From the NCBI GenBank assembly GCA_041650915.1, contig JBAZKE010000005.1, positions 11,310-75,309 of the forward strand: DNA of 64,000 nucleotides. Reading direction: 5' to 3'. The notes under the pieces are model-generated. The model was given only the letters and a program-made list of their open reading frames with translations. It was not told the DNA's origin and searched no databases. This stretch comes from Patescibacteria group bacterium (GTDB lineage: Bacteria > Patescibacteriota > Patescibacteriia > UBA10025 > JAHIVO01). Below, one piece after another: positions 46,200 through 57,600 of this stretch; position 1 is the stretch's first letter, and every line of letters starts with the position of its first letter. A program made the position numbers and the translations under genes.

Positions 46200-48473
46200 A
46201 TGCCCGCAGCGCGACTTACGTTCGACAAACTCCTCCTCTGCGATCCAAGCAAGAGCAGGTCGACAAGCAATGTATATACATCGCAACGCTCACATGCCGA
46301 AGAGCAAAGCCTCGGCAGGCTTTTTATACTCACAGAAATCAGCTCGCGCGATAACGTTAACATCGATATCATCAGCACGATCCAGACTGAGCTTGAGGCG
46401 AGCTACTTCGGCACCGACGATCTCAACGTAGAGACCGCCTTTGAGCGGGCGCTCGAACGTGCAAACCAGAAGGTGGCGGACCTCGTGGGCGATTACGAAA
46501 TCAATTGGCTCGACAAGTTCAACGCTCTCGTCGCGATCGTCAAAGACGACGTGCTGCACTTCAGCACGGTGGGCAAAGTGCATGCATTTATCATCCGAGG
46601 CGAAAAAATCACTGACATCCTCAATACGGCAGCGGTTGACGAGTCGCTGCAGGATAAAATCAACCCCCTCAAGGCATTCTCGAATATCATTTCCGGCAAC
46701 CTCCAGGAAAACGACACCGTCGCCTTCTGCACGACGTCGCTGCTCGATTATATTTCACAAGAAAAGCTCAAACGTACGCTCATTGACGCTACGGTATCGA
46801 ATGCTGTCGCCTCTCTCGACCGAATTCTGTCAGAAGACACGAGCACTGCATTTGCGGCGATTGTTATACGCCTCCAAGCAGCTTCAGTTGCAACGCCGGT
46901 TTACAGGACGGTCGCAGGCCCAGCAGCGCTCTCCCAGCCGACAGCCAGTGCGGTGCCGACAGCTCCGCAATCATCGCTCGACGATCTCATGTACAGGCAG
47001 TCGGAAACCAATAAAGTGCTCTCGCCATCACTGACACGCCACCTCATGGAAACGGCACGGCGCTCGGGCAGCAAGGTTGCTGATTTCATCAAGCTCAAGC
47101 TGTTCAAACAGTCTCCGAGGCGGGTTACTATGGACCGCGAGATGCGCTACCGGGCACCCGCTCCGGATAAGAAGGCCGTTCGCCAGAGCACGCTCGTGTC
47201 CATATTCGCCGCAATCTACCAGGGCATTGTCGCCGTGGTGGTTTTTATCGGCAGGGCGCTCACCTCCCTCTTTAAGCAGCGGAAAAAAATCGCTTCCGAC
47301 GTCAAGGCAGCGCCAAAAACCTTTACGCAGAAAGTGTCCTCGATGATAACCGGCATCAAGCGGCTTCCGAAAATGAGCAGATACCTCCTCGCACTCGTGC
47401 TCATCGTTGCGTTCGGCCTCGCACAGAGTATTTTCTCGCTCGCCCTCTCAAAAGAGGAGGCTGTTCAGAGCGTAGAGTATGACAGCAGCATCGCTACCGT
47501 ATCGGAAAATATTCTCAAGGCAGAGGCGGCCATATCCTATGGTAATGAATCCGGCGCGCGTGAGCTGCTTGATGAAGCGCAGTCAATCATCAATAGCCTG
47601 CCGTCGAAGACGGACGAGCAGGCGGCAAAAATTGCAGAGTTGCACAGCGACATCGCACTGCAGCTTGGGAAGCTGCGGCACGTCGTTTCCGTCGAGTCGC
47701 CCACCGTGCTCGCCACGTTCGATCAGGATGGCGTTGCGGCAGGCACTACCGAGCTGGCGATCGCGGGGCAGTCGCTTTACGCGCTTGATCCGGCGAAAAA
47801 GATACTGTACCGTGCGGATAAGGAGAGCGGTGAGGTTGCGGCGCTCGCTCACGACGAAGATAAAACATTCCAATACGTTATCGGCCAAACGCCGGCTTCG
47901 CTCCTCCTCTTCACGACAGCGAACGGACTGGCAGAATTCGATACGGAGAGTGAAGAATTCAGCAACCTCGCCTTCGACCTTACGACGGGAGACGTTAATA
48001 TTATCGGCATCGCACCCTATGAGGGGAGGCTTTACCTACTCGATATTAAAAACAACCAAGTGTACCGCTCATACCGATCGGGAAACGGCTACGGCACGCC
48101 AACCGAGTGGCTCAAAGACGACACGAACCTCCGTGAAACGAAATCAATTGCGATCGACGGATTTATCTATATCCTCCAAAAAAATGGCACGGTCGACCGC
48201 CTGTTCCAGGGCGCCCGGCAAGACTGGTCGCTCGATACGGTCGATCCGCAGCTGACCCAAGCGGATTCCATCGTGACCGACACCACGACCGATAACCTAT
48301 ACGTACTCGACATACAGGGCAAGCGAATCCTGGAGTTTGCGAAAGACGGGTCTTTCTTGAACCAGTACACCTCACCCGCCTTTGCCAACATCAAAGATTT
48401 TACGGTCGACTACGGCAGTAAAAAACTGTACGTCCTGAACGGGAATACGCTCTTCGCACTCGATCTGCAGTAA
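46200..48473 (+). CDS. hypothetical large protein with central TM helices and a C-terminal beta-propeller-like repeat region
   Basis: 757 aa. A TM segment (LVSIFAAIYQGIVAVVVFIG ... YLLALVLIVAFGLA). The C-terminal ~280 aa have repeated hydrophobic/Gly/Asp beta-strand periodicity (LYALD, LYLLD, IYILQ, LYVLD, LYVLN). Confidence 0.55.
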   Translation: MPAARLTFDKLLLCDPSKSRSTSNVYTSQRSHAEEQSLGRLFILTEISSRDNVNIDIISTIQTELEASYFGTDDLNVETAFERALERANQKVADLVGDYEINWLDKFNALVAIVKDDVLHFSTVGKVHAFIIRGEKITDILNTAAVDESLQDKINPLKAFSNIISGNLQENDTVAFCTTSLLDYISQEKLKRTLIDATVSNAVASLDRILSEDTSTAFAAIVIRLQAASVATPVYRTVAGPAALSQPTASAVPTAPQSSLDDLMYRQSETNKVLSPSLTRHLMETARRSGSKVADFIKLKLFKQSPRRVTMDREMRYRAPAPDKKAVRQSTLVSIFAAIYQGIVAVVVFIGRALTSLFKQRKKIASDVKAAPKTFTQKVSSMITGIKRLPKMSRYLLALVLIVAFGLAQSIFSLALSKEEAVQSVEYDSSIATVSENILKAEAAISYGNESGARELLDEAQSIINSLPSKTDEQAAKIAELHSDIALQLGKLRHVVSVESPTVLATFDQDGVAAGTTELAIAGQSLYALDPAKKILYRADKESGEVAALAHDEDKTFQYVIGQTPASLLLFTTANGLAEFDTESEEFSNLAFDLTTGDVNIIGIAPYEGRLYLLDIKNNQVYRSYRSGNGYGTPTEWLKDDTNLRETKSIAIDGFIYILQKNGTVDRLFQGARQDWSLDTVDPQLTQADSIVTDTTTDNLYVLDIQGKRILEFAKDGSFLNQYTSPAFANIKDFTVDYGSKKLYVLNGNTLFALDLQ

Positions 48474-48494
48474 TACGCCCAATGTATATCAAAA

Positions 48495-48524
48495 GGCCCC
48501 GGCTGAGCGGGGCTTTTTTGATCG
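48495..48524. terminator. bidirectional intrinsic terminator between the convergent 46200..48473 gene and rplL
   Basis: aaaaggccccggctgagcggggcttttttg. A GC stem flanked by A-runs on one side and T-runs on the other. Confidence 0.7.
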
Positions 48525-48543
48525 TAAAAAACGTGAAAAAATT

Positions 48544-48978
48544 TTACTTGAGAGCTACCTGTGCGCCAGCTGTTTCGAGCTTTTTCTTCAGCTCTTCCGC
48601 TTCCGCTTTGCCGACGCCTTCCTTGACGACCGCCGGTGCGGCATCAACGATTGCCTTCGAGTCGGAGAGGCCCTTTTGGGTAATCTCACGGACAACCTTA
48701 ATTACTGCGATCTTGTTCGAGCCTGCCGCGGTGAGCTCAACGTTGAACGTTGACTGCTCCTCTGCTCCTTCTCCGTCTCCGCCTGCCGGCGCTGCGCCTG
48801 CCGATACGGCGATCGGAGCCTGCGCCGATACGCCAAACTTTTGTTCGAGTACCTTGACGAGCTCTGCGAGCTCCATCACGGAGAGCTTCTCGATCTTCTC
48901 TACCAGGTCCTTGAACTTTTCCGGGACCTCGATAGGCTTCTCCTCTTTCTTTTCTGCCTGCTGTTGTTCGTCTGCCAT
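48544..48978 (-). CDS. rplL: 50S ribosomal protein L7/L12
   Basis: 144 aa. [18 protein letters not shown] ... the flexible Ala-rich hinge ... [27 protein letters not shown]...[19 protein letters not shown]. Confidence 0.9.
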   Translation of the reverse strand: MADEQQQAEKKEEKPIEVPEKFKDLVEKIEKLSVMELAELVKVLEQKFGVSAQAPIAVSAGAAPAGGDGEGAEEQSTFNVELTAAGSNKIAVIKVVREITQKGLSDSKAIVDAAPAVVKEGVGKAEAEELKKKLETAGAQVALK

Positions 48979-49020
48979 TGTATTGTTCCTTTCGTATCGT
49001 TATTGGTCAATTATTTTTTC

Positions 49021-49545
49021 TTATGCTTTCTTGTCGCCGATCGCCTTAAGCGCGTAGACAAAATTACGCATCGTGCCAGCGAGCACATTCACGAAACCGG
49101 CAGCCGGATACTGTATGAGCCAAACGAGTTTCGCCGTAAGTTCTTCCCGCGAGGGCAGCTTGGCGAGGGACGCGACTTCAGCTGCTCCGATAAACCGTCC
49201 GTTAAAGATCCCGCCGACAAGCTTGAGCGCCGGATGCTTCTTGGCGAACGTATGGAGAGTTTTTGCTGGCAGCACCTCATCTCCGTAACCGAGCGCAACC
49301 GCAATGCCTCCCTTGAGTGAATCGATCTCGGAATGTGCGAGGTCGAGGCTCTTACTCGCGATCTTGAACAGGGACCGCTTTATGACCGAGTAGTCGATAC
49401 CGGCATCCCGCAGCATGGTACGGAGCTCGTCGGTTTCCGACACGCTGAGCCCGTCAAAGTTCGTAAAGACGACCGACTTCATTTTTGAAAGCCGCTCCTC
49501 CATCTGGGATACTGCCTGCTCTTTTTGCTTCTTGGTCTTTGCCAT
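49021..49545 (-). CDS. rplJ: 50S ribosomal protein L10
   Basis: Start at ATG 49545 (MAKTKKQKEQAVSQMEERLSKMKSVVFTNFDGLSVSE...). Immediately upstream of rplL. Confidence 0.85.
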   Translation of the reverse strand: MAKTKKQKEQAVSQMEERLSKMKSVVFTNFDGLSVSETDELRTMLRDAGIDYSVIKRSLFKIASKSLDLAHSEIDSLKGGIAVALGYGDEVLPAKTLHTFAKKHPALKLVGGIFNGRFIGAAEVASLAKLPSREELTAKLVWLIQYPAAGFVNVLAGTMRNFVYALKAIGDKKA

Positions 49546-49747
49546 AGTCGTAGTGAATAAAAAATCTGTGGAAAGCCACAGACAGTCTTTTCGGTACGGC
49601 AGTGAATCCCCCAACACTCACGACTCGTACCTCCTGCGCCTCGGTAGGATATTGAGCCTGGCCTGGATACTGTCCAGATCCCCGGCACCTACGGTCTGTG
49701 GCTACTATTTAATTGGTATAGCCAGTATAGCAGGCTTTTTTAGCCTG

Positions 49748-50431
49748 TCAAGCGATTACCGTCCCGCGGAACTTTTTCCCGGTAATGACGCTGCCCAGAT
49801 TCTTGAGATCGGTTCCCCTGCACACAACGACTCTCAATCCGAGCTTCCGGGCGAGTTTTGACGCTTCCGGATCGAACGGGACATGCGCACCCGGCCTCCA
49901 GGTACTGCCGGTGAGCTTGAGGAGCCCGCCCCAGCTCATCCGCTTGATCGGTTTCGCCGTGCTGCTCTTCCGCGGGTCCGCGGTATACACGTACGGGATA
50001 TTGCTCATGTTGATGACGGTTTTTGCCTGATAAACCTTGGCAAGCATGACGGCATCTTTATCCGATGAGTGGCCTGGCCGCCACCCGCTGCCGACAATAA
50101 TGCGTTTCGCTGTCGCCACCCGGCGCATCGGATTGCCGAGTACCCCGCCGTACGCGTGCGGCCCGAATACGGAACGTACGAGCTCCGCATTGAGCCGCGT
50201 GGCCGCGATGCCGATCCAATCCAAATCCGCAGCCGATACGTGCGAAACGGCACTGGCTCCGTGCTGGTAGTGGCGGCAGATATCCCCTCCCCCGGTAACG
50301 ATGACAAACCGGTGCCCAGCCCGGACATACCTGAGCACGAGGCTGCGGAACTTTTTCAAATACGCGGTATTGATCCGGTCAGGGATAATGATCGAGCCGC
50401 CAAGCGATAGGATGATCGTTTTTCGTCGCAT
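49748..50431 (-). CDS. pyrH: UMP kinase-like amino-acid-kinase-fold protein (short archaeal-type PyrH)
   Basis: 227 aa. IILSLGGSII...VIVTGGG... fits the aspartokinase/UMP-kinase fold at the short-PyrH length. Confidence 0.65.
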   Translation of the reverse strand: MRRKTIILSLGGSIIIPDRINTAYLKKFRSLVLRYVRAGHRFVIVTGGGDICRHYQHGASAVSHVSAADLDWIGIAATRLNAELVRSVFGPHAYGGVLGNPMRRVATAKRIIVGSGWRPGHSSDKDAVMLAKVYQAKTVINMSNIPYVYTADPRKSSTAKPIKRMSWGGLLKLTGSTWRPGAHVPFDPEASKLARKLGLRVVVCRGTDLKNLGSVITGKKFRGTVIA

Positions 50432-51456
50432 TACTGTAGGTACCGCTGTTTATTCTCGAGGTGCTGCTCGTACGTTGTGCTAAACACGGTTTCCCCGTCC
50501 GGCTTCGTGAGGAAGTAAAAGTAGTCCGATTTCTGCGGATAGATTGCCGCCAGTATCGCCGACAGTGACGGATTGCAGATCGGGCCGGGCGGCAAGCCAG
50601 CATACCGGTATGTATTGTAGGGATTATCAATCTCCGTCTCTGCAATTGTCGGCTGCAGCGCCTGGTTGCCGGTTACGTAGTTGACGGTAGCGTCAGACTG
50701 CAGCGCAACGCCTGCATCGAGGCGCTCGTAAAAAATTCCGGCAGCGATTTTCCGATCCTGGTCCGTACGGACTTCTTTCTCGATAATGGAAGCGAGCGTA
50801 ACAATATTGTAGACGCTCATGTTTCCAGCCGCGGCGTCCGCCACCATCTTATCGGTAAACCGTACGCTGAAGTTATCGAGCATCCGCTCTATGATATCCG
50901 CCGTATTTGCATTCTCAAAAATGCGGTATGTGTCGGGAAACAGGTAGCCCTCCAGGCTCTTACCGGTAGGTATCTCTTCGAGGAAATCGTACGCTGCCCC
51001 GGGGATGATCGTGCTGACATCATTCGTGCTGACTGCTGATATAAAATCACTCGTGTCCGCGATTCCCTGATTTTGAAGGTAGTCCGCAATTTCCGCGTTG
51101 GTCCACCCCTCAATAATCGTTATTTGGCGTTCGGGAGCTCCCTGCCCGGTGGTCAGGACTTCCACGATATCACCCGCATCCATGCTGGGCTTGAGGAAGA
51201 AGCTGCCAACGGCGAATTTCGTTTCCGAGCCGTCAAAAAAAACGTACGCTTCAAACCAGTACGTGCTGCGGATCAATCCGGCGTCATGCAGGTTCTGCGC
51301 GATCTCCTTGACTCCCTCACCCTCAGCGACAACAAAGAGCGCCTCCTCATTCGAAGACGAAACCGGCAAGCTGGTCTGGGTCCAGTACATCAGGCCGGCG
51401 ATGACGCCGATGCCGGCGGCCGTGAGGACGATAGTGAGGAATGCCTTACGCAACAT
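50431..51456 (-). CDS. mltG: endolytic murein transglycosylase MltG (YceG-like)
   Basis: 341 aa. An N-terminal TM helix and the GYLFPDTYRI signature. Confidence 0.8.
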   Translation of the reverse strand: MLRKAFLTIVLTAAGIGVIAGLMYWTQTSLPVSSSNEEALFVVAEGEGVKEIAQNLHDAGLIRSTYWFEAYVFFDGSETKFAVGSFFLKPSMDAGDIVEVLTTGQGAPERQITIIEGWTNAEIADYLQNQGIADTSDFISAVSTNDVSTIIPGAAYDFLEEIPTGKSLEGYLFPDTYRIFENANTADIIERMLDNFSVRFTDKMVADAAAGNMSVYNIVTLASIIEKEVRTDQDRKIAAGIFYERLDAGVALQSDATVNYVTGNQALQPTIAETEIDNPYNTYRYAGLPPGPICNPSLSAILAAIYPQKSDYFYFLTKPDGETVFSTTYEQHLENKQRYLQ

Positions 51457-51466
51457 AGCGAAAACG

Positions 51467-52543
51467 TTAGAGGTACTTAGTCATGCTTTTTTTCTTGAGC
51501 TGCTCAACGATCTTCTTCACGTCCTGCGCCCGGTCGCGCGAGCAGACGAGCAAGCAGTCTTCGGTATCGATGATGATCATGTCGTTGACGTCAACCGTTG
51601 CGATGAGCTTGCCCGTATAGCTATACACCAGATTGTTGGTGGAGTCAACGGTCAGGTGCTTGCCCCGCACGACGTTTGCACCAGCCTTCGTGGCGAGAAT
51701 ATCCTTCACCGCCCGCCAGTGCCCGACATCAGCCCACCCGAAGCTCGCCGGGATGACGAGCAGCTTGAGCGTCCGCTCCATAATGCCGTAGTCTATCGAA
51801 ATGGGCTTGAGCTTCTTGAATTCCCGCTCGACGGCTTTCCGCTCCTGCTTCGTTCCGAGTGCTGGCTGCAGCTTCATGAGAATCCGGTAGTGGTTAGGCA
51901 GGTGCCTCTTGAACATGCTGAGCAGGTAGTCAACGCGCCAGCAGAACATGTTCGTGTTCCACAGGTAATCCCAGCTGCGGGCGTACGCCTGTGCCGTCTT
52001 GAGGTCCGGTTTCTCGATAAACCGCAAGCCGTAAAAAATCTCGTCACTGCCGGCCTGCTGAAAGAGCTTATTGATCTTCACGTATCCGTATCCCGTCTCC
52101 GGATAACCCGGCCGCACGCCGACGAGGAGCGAGTACGCCGGGTTGTTCTTCACCGTTCGCTCGGCGAGCCGGAGCAGGCGGATGTACTCCCGCTCGTTCC
52201 TGACGTAGTGGTCGGAACCGACCGTCATCATGATTTCTTGGGGATTGCCTTTCGCGATATACGCAGCGGCGAGCCCGATCGCAGCCGCCGTATCGCGCTT
52301 CGCTGTCTCGAGAATGCAGTTCTCCCGCCTGAAACGCGGAAGCTGCTTTTGAATGGCAGGATAGGATTTATAGTTTGTCGAAATGAATATATCCTTCGTC
52401 GCAAATCCCCTCCGCTGCCGCTCGTACGTTTTCTGCAGCAATGTCTTGCTCCCGATAAAGGGTTGCATCTGCTTTGGATTGCGCTTGCGGGAGACCGGCC
52501 AGAGCCGCGTACCACCGCCACCCGCTAAAATTACAATCTTCAT
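51467..52543 (-). CDS. mannose-1-phosphate guanylyltransferase-like sugar nucleotidyltransferase
   Basis: 358 aa. MKIVILAGGGGTRLWPVSR...PKQ is the nucleotidyltransferase signature. Confidence 0.75.
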   Translation of the reverse strand: MKIVILAGGGGTRLWPVSRKRNPKQMQPFIGSKTLLQKTYERQRRGFATKDIFISTNYKSYPAIQKQLPRFRRENCILETAKRDTAAAIGLAAAYIAKGNPQEIMMTVGSDHYVRNEREYIRLLRLAERTVKNNPAYSLLVGVRPGYPETGYGYVKINKLFQQAGSDEIFYGLRFIEKPDLKTAQAYARSWDYLWNTNMFCWRVDYLLSMFKRHLPNHYRILMKLQPALGTKQERKAVEREFKKLKPISIDYGIMERTLKLLVIPASFGWADVGHWRAVKDILATKAGANVVRGKHLTVDSTNNLVYSYTGKLIATVDVNDMIIIDTEDCLLVCSRDRAQDVKKIVEQLKKKSMTKYL

Positions 52544-52603
52544 ATATATGGGTTTACTGCATTCTCAAATCACTTTAGCCCGCCCGCGCTCCACGACTCA
52601 TTC

Positions 52604-53236
52604 CTATTCCCCCCACTCTTTCGGCACGAGCGGAACGAACTGGAAGCCCGGGTGCCGCTCTTCACGGTAATCCGTGCCGGTTACTTTGTCGATTACGACC
52701 ATATCCTGCTCGTACTTCCCGACAGGAATGACGAGCCGCCCGCCCTGCTTGAGCTGCTTGAGGTAGATATCGGGCACGCCGATCTCGGCGGCGGCCGCAA
52801 CAATTATCTTATCGAAGGGAGCGCGCTTTGTATAACCTTTCGTGCCGTCACCGGTGACGAACTCAACGTTGTTATAGCCGTATGCCTCCACGTTTTTCTT
52901 GCCGTACGTGAGGAGGTCCGGCACGCGTTCGATAGCGATGACCTTTCCACGAGCACCGACGAGCTCGGCAATGAGCGCCGTTTGCCATCCGGAGCCAGAA
53001 CCGACATCAAATATTTTTTCACCGGCCTTCGGCTGCAAGAGCTCGAGCATGAACGCAACCGTGAGGGGCTGCGAGATCGTCTGGCCGTGAGTGAGCGGAA
53101 GCGGGATATTGAGTGATGCATCTTCTTTGAGATGGTCAGGCAAAAAATCTTTGCGCTTCACCTTCCGGAACGCCTCGATGATTCGGGGGGTCTTGAGATA
53201 CCCCTCCTCGATTAAATCCCTGATCAGATCCTCCAT
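52604..53236 (-). CDS. pcm: protein-L-isoaspartate O-methyltransferase
   Basis: 210 aa. TISQPLTVAFMLELL...DVGSGSGWQTALIAELV. Confidence 0.85.
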   Translation of the reverse strand: MEDLIRDLIEEGYLKTPRIIEAFRKVKRKDFLPDHLKEDASLNIPLPLTHGQTISQPLTVAFMLELLQPKAGEKIFDVGSGSGWQTALIAELVGARGKVIAIERVPDLLTYGKKNVEAYGYNNVEFVTGDGTKGYTKRAPFDKIIVAAAAEIGVPDIYLKQLKQGGRLVIPVGKYEQDMVVIDKVTGTDYREERHPGFQFVPLVPKEWGE

Positions 53237-53299
53237 ATTGATTTTCGCTTCGAACTATGCTATAATGGAAGTACAAAAATAAAAAACAAAAGTAAAATA

Positions 53300-54067
53300 A
53301 TGGGCCCGAGAACCACTTCACTGCAAAAGTGTATGGCAGGCATTGTACTGTGCCTCTTCTTTGTCGTGCCGCTCAGCGCATCTTCCCAAACCGTCGACGA
53401 GCACCTCATCCGAGAAATAATCAACCGGCAGCGCGCTGAAAAAAATCTGCAGCCGCTAGGAAGCAATGCTGCGCTCGGCGCCGCAGCCCTCCTGAAAGCC
53501 GAAGACATGCAAGCCAAAAGCTACTTCGCGCACGAAAGCCCGGACGGCCGCATGCCATGGGATTTTATCGACCCGATTGCGTACCCGTACGAGTACGCCG
53601 GTGAAAACCTCGCACTCGACTACGACGATCCCGCCGAAGTCGTTGCGGCCTGGCTCGAGAGCCCTACGCACCGCGACAACGTGCTCAATCCCAACTTCAG
53701 CCATCTCGGACTCGCCACATCGACTGTTGACGGCAAAACGGCGATCGTCCTGCTGCTCGGCAGTGCGCCCGTTGCCGACGGTCACGCTGATGGCAGCAAC
53801 ACCGCACAAACGGACGCGATATCAAATAGTCAAGGAACAAATACCCCTGTACTGAGCATACCCATTATATCAGATAACGCTACTCCCGAAAAACGCGCGG
53901 TAGCTGGCCGATATTACGCCGGGAATGAGCCTGAAATCGGTTCACGAACCCATCAAAAAACCAGTCTCCCCTACATCCTGTTTACGGCCTATACAGTATG
54001 GCTCGCGGGAGTCTGTCTTGCCATTAAGAACGAACAATATGAGCTGCCCAAACCTGTGAAAAAGTAG
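53300..54067 (+). CDS. secreted CAP/SCP (PR-1-like) domain protein with C-terminal membrane anchor
   Basis: 255 aa. Signal peptide. YFAHESPDG...YAGENLA...AWLESPTHRDNVLNPNFSHLGLA. A C-terminal hydrophobic helix. Confidence 0.75.
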   Translation: MGPRTTSLQKCMAGIVLCLFFVVPLSASSQTVDEHLIREIINRQRAEKNLQPLGSNAALGAAALLKAEDMQAKSYFAHESPDGRMPWDFIDPIAYPYEYAGENLALDYDDPAEVVAAWLESPTHRDNVLNPNFSHLGLATSTVDGKTAIVLLLGSAPVADGHADGSNTAQTDAISNSQGTNTPVLSIPIISDNATPEKRAVAGRYYAGNEPEIGSRTHQKTSLPYILFTAYTVWLAGVCLAIKNEQYELPKPVKK

Positions 54068-54635
54068 GTATTTCTGTAGTTTTAGTTATCCACAATAGAA
54101 TAGTAGAGCGCTAATCAATGGGGTATTTTTACGGTAATGCCCTTTTTTAAGATTACATTGACAAAAGGTATGGATATTCTAAGATATATTAACGGCTAAA
54201 ACCAGCCCTTGACAAACAATTCAGGATGTACTAACATAGACTATTAAAATCGTTCATTCGGATAGAGCAAAACCTTGGAGGGATGCACATTCTACATGAG
54301 CTTTAGGAGGAGCTAAAAAAAGACCAACACCAGGCTATAAAGCCTAAAAAACAAACTTTTTCACTCAAACGATTCGCAGAAAACCTTTAATTCGCAATTT
54401 TATTGCGAAAAGTTTATAACTTGGTGTTGGTTTTTTGTTTGCTTAGCTAAATTTACGAGCCGAAGTAAAAACCCAATCAATAATAAAATCGGCGATGGAA
54501 ATTCGGCTAAACAAACAATCTGACGCAAAGCGTCATCCTGAGCTGCCCGATGCACCAAAGGACCTCCTAACGACCAAATTAAAAATCTTACATATATTTA
54601 ATCAAGCTAACAACGATTAACAATAATTAAACGAA

Positions 54636-57600
54636 ATGAGATCAACTAAGTCAAAATCTATGATAATCAATCTAATTCCAAAGAGAAAGGTCCTGCAGAC
54701 GACCTACAAAACCCTGCACTTCGTGGCTGGCTTGGCCATGGTATTTAATATGTCGATGCTCGGGACATTTCTGACGCCAAGTACGGCTCAGGCAATTACC
54801 ACCTACTGTCCTGCGAGCGGTAACCCGCTTTACATGTGGGATCGTACTCCAAGTACCGGCTGGAGTCACGGCAACATCTCCGGTTACTTTGAAGGAGAAT
54901 ACATACCCGTACAGCTTGCGTTGGACGGTCTTACGGCAGGGGTTTCGACAACGATTCGTGTCCAACACGAATATATACGCTACGGAGTAGTTGGTATTGA
55001 GCGCCTTGATCACGTAAACGCGCCGGTCGAACCTGGAGTTACTTACAACGCTGACCGTCTGAACTTCACCATGAGCGCACCGACCACGATCGGCTCCAAT
55101 CCATCAAGTAAGCGATACGTGCTTACATTCACACCAACCGGTACAACGGCAAGCCTCTACTTTGATGCTCTGCTCGGACCGCATGCACATCTGTACAACG
55201 GATCCTCTCTCCACGTGAGCTTGTCGGACTGCGGCTCAAAAGATGTACCGATCAATGTAAACCAGATACTCTATCACAACCTGACGGTTTCTAAATCAGA
55301 TAATCCAGATCCGATTTTAATCAATACCAATACCACTTACACCATCACCGCAACGAGTAACAGTAAGACTGATGGCGGAGAAAAAAACTTCACCGTCACC
55401 GATACACTTCCAGCGGGCATGGAATACGTAAACGGTTCCGCAACGCCCACTCCAACGTCGGTGAATGGCCAGGTGATCACGTGGAACTTCGGTACGGTTG
55501 CAGACGGAACGATAAAAACAATCACGTTCCAAGCAAAAGGCATCAGTGTTGGAACGCATACGAATAGCGTTAGCCTCACTGCGGATGGTGCTACGCCAGT
55601 TACTGATACCGAGCCGACGACCGTGATTGGTCAGTGTGAACTGACAATCACTAAGACGGTCAACAAGGAAACCGCCGTTCCTGGAGACACTCTTCTCTAT
55701 ACTTTGAATTTCGAAAATACCGGAACGAGTAATTGCACAGGTGGCGGCGTTCGAATTGATGATGTAATGCCAACTGGCACGACATACGTCGCCAACTCAG
55801 CCTCGGGAAGCGACGGAAGTAAAATCACGAACACCAATGATCCAGGCAGCGACGGTACGCACTTCGGATACATGAGCGGAAAATTCGGTGCGAATAACCC
55901 CGGCTTCAACGGAACAATGCTGAGCTGGAATGCACACGTCCTAAGCCCGAACGAGTCCGGCACGGTAACGTTCCAAGCGACTGTCAATCCAATCGATTAC
56001 TGCACCGAAAAAGACATCACCAACAAAGGTAAAATTTACTCAAACGAATTTCCTTCGGGAATCAACTCAAATGAGGTTACAACTCTCGTAACAAGCCCCT
56101 GCACCTACTGCGGTGACGACATCAAGCAATCGCCAAATGACGCGGGTCAGTATGAAGAGTGTGATGGCACGGACGGAGTCGGGCCTCATCAGAGTTGCAC
56201 CACGGAATGCACACTGACCAATCTCACCTACTGCGGCGACGGCATCAAACAGACGCCCAACGACGCTGGGGAAAATGAAGAGTGCGACGGGACCGACGGC
56301 ACGCCCGATCACTATACCTGCTCAGCGGAATGCACGCTCGAGTACATCCCCTATTGCGGCGACGGAATCGTGAACCAGACGAGCGAACAGTGCGATGACG
56401 GCAATACGGTTGATACCGACGGGTGCAACAATCAGTGCCAAATCCAAACCTGTGATCTTGTTATTACAAAATCAGTTAACAAACAAAACGCGCTCCCGGG
56501 CGATACTTTAACGTATACCCTGGAATACCAAAACGACGGCTCAATGATCTGCACCGGCACGGGCGTAAAAATCTACGACCCGCTCGACGCCAGGCTGGCA
56601 TACGTCGCTGGTTCAAAAGCGGTTACCATTCACAATGACGGTGAAGGAGACGGCTATAGCCCGACCGAAGGCAGCAATTACAACGGCCATGGCGATAATC
56701 TCCTATTCAACGTCCGGCGCGTTAGCCCGGGCGAATCCGGAACGGTCACGTTTGACGTGACGGTAAACGGCAGTTTTGATTGCGGGCATACGGTCGTCCC
56801 GAACAAAGGAAAAATCTGGAGCGACCAAACAGGCTATATCTGGAGCAATGAAGTTACCACCGATATATATAAAGCTTGCTACGGCTCACTGAAAGTGATC
56901 AAATACGTTGACACGGGAAACGCGACCCCTGACCAATGGAGCTTTACCGTCGGCGATACAACGCTGTCCCCGGCATCGGGCGACAACTACGTTGTATTCA
57001 ATAACCTATACATGGGTGAGTACACAGCCACGGAAAGCGAACTCGCGGGATACCACCAAGTCTCAACGACCTGCACTGACGTACAAGTCAATCCTGATGA
57101 AATGGCCGTGTGCGAGTTCCATAACGCGCATGATACGGGTGAACTCACGATCAACAAAGCGCTCGACACTGACGGTGACGAGCAAATCGACGAAACTAAT
57201 CCGGCTGGCTGGACATACGACATCGACCCCGGCAACCAAAATTACGCGATGGGCACGACCCAGACGGTTTTCACCGGTACTTACACGGTATACGAAGACC
57301 AGCAAACGAATTACCATTCACTCGGATGGGTTTGCACTGACGGTACGTCAGGCACTGGCGAACAGCTCACGGTAAACGTTACCACCGACAATGTCGCGTG
57401 TACGTTTACAAACAGCCGCGATACCGGCGACCTCAAGATCATCAAGCAGGACGGCAACCAGCAGCGCATGGAAAATGTCGAGTTTGACATCGACGGCCAG
57501 ACGTACTACACGGATGCAAACGGTGAAATCTACGTGAGCGGCGTCGAGACCGGTGACTACCTTGCGACAGAGACCGAGCCCGCGAACTACTCATTCGCGA

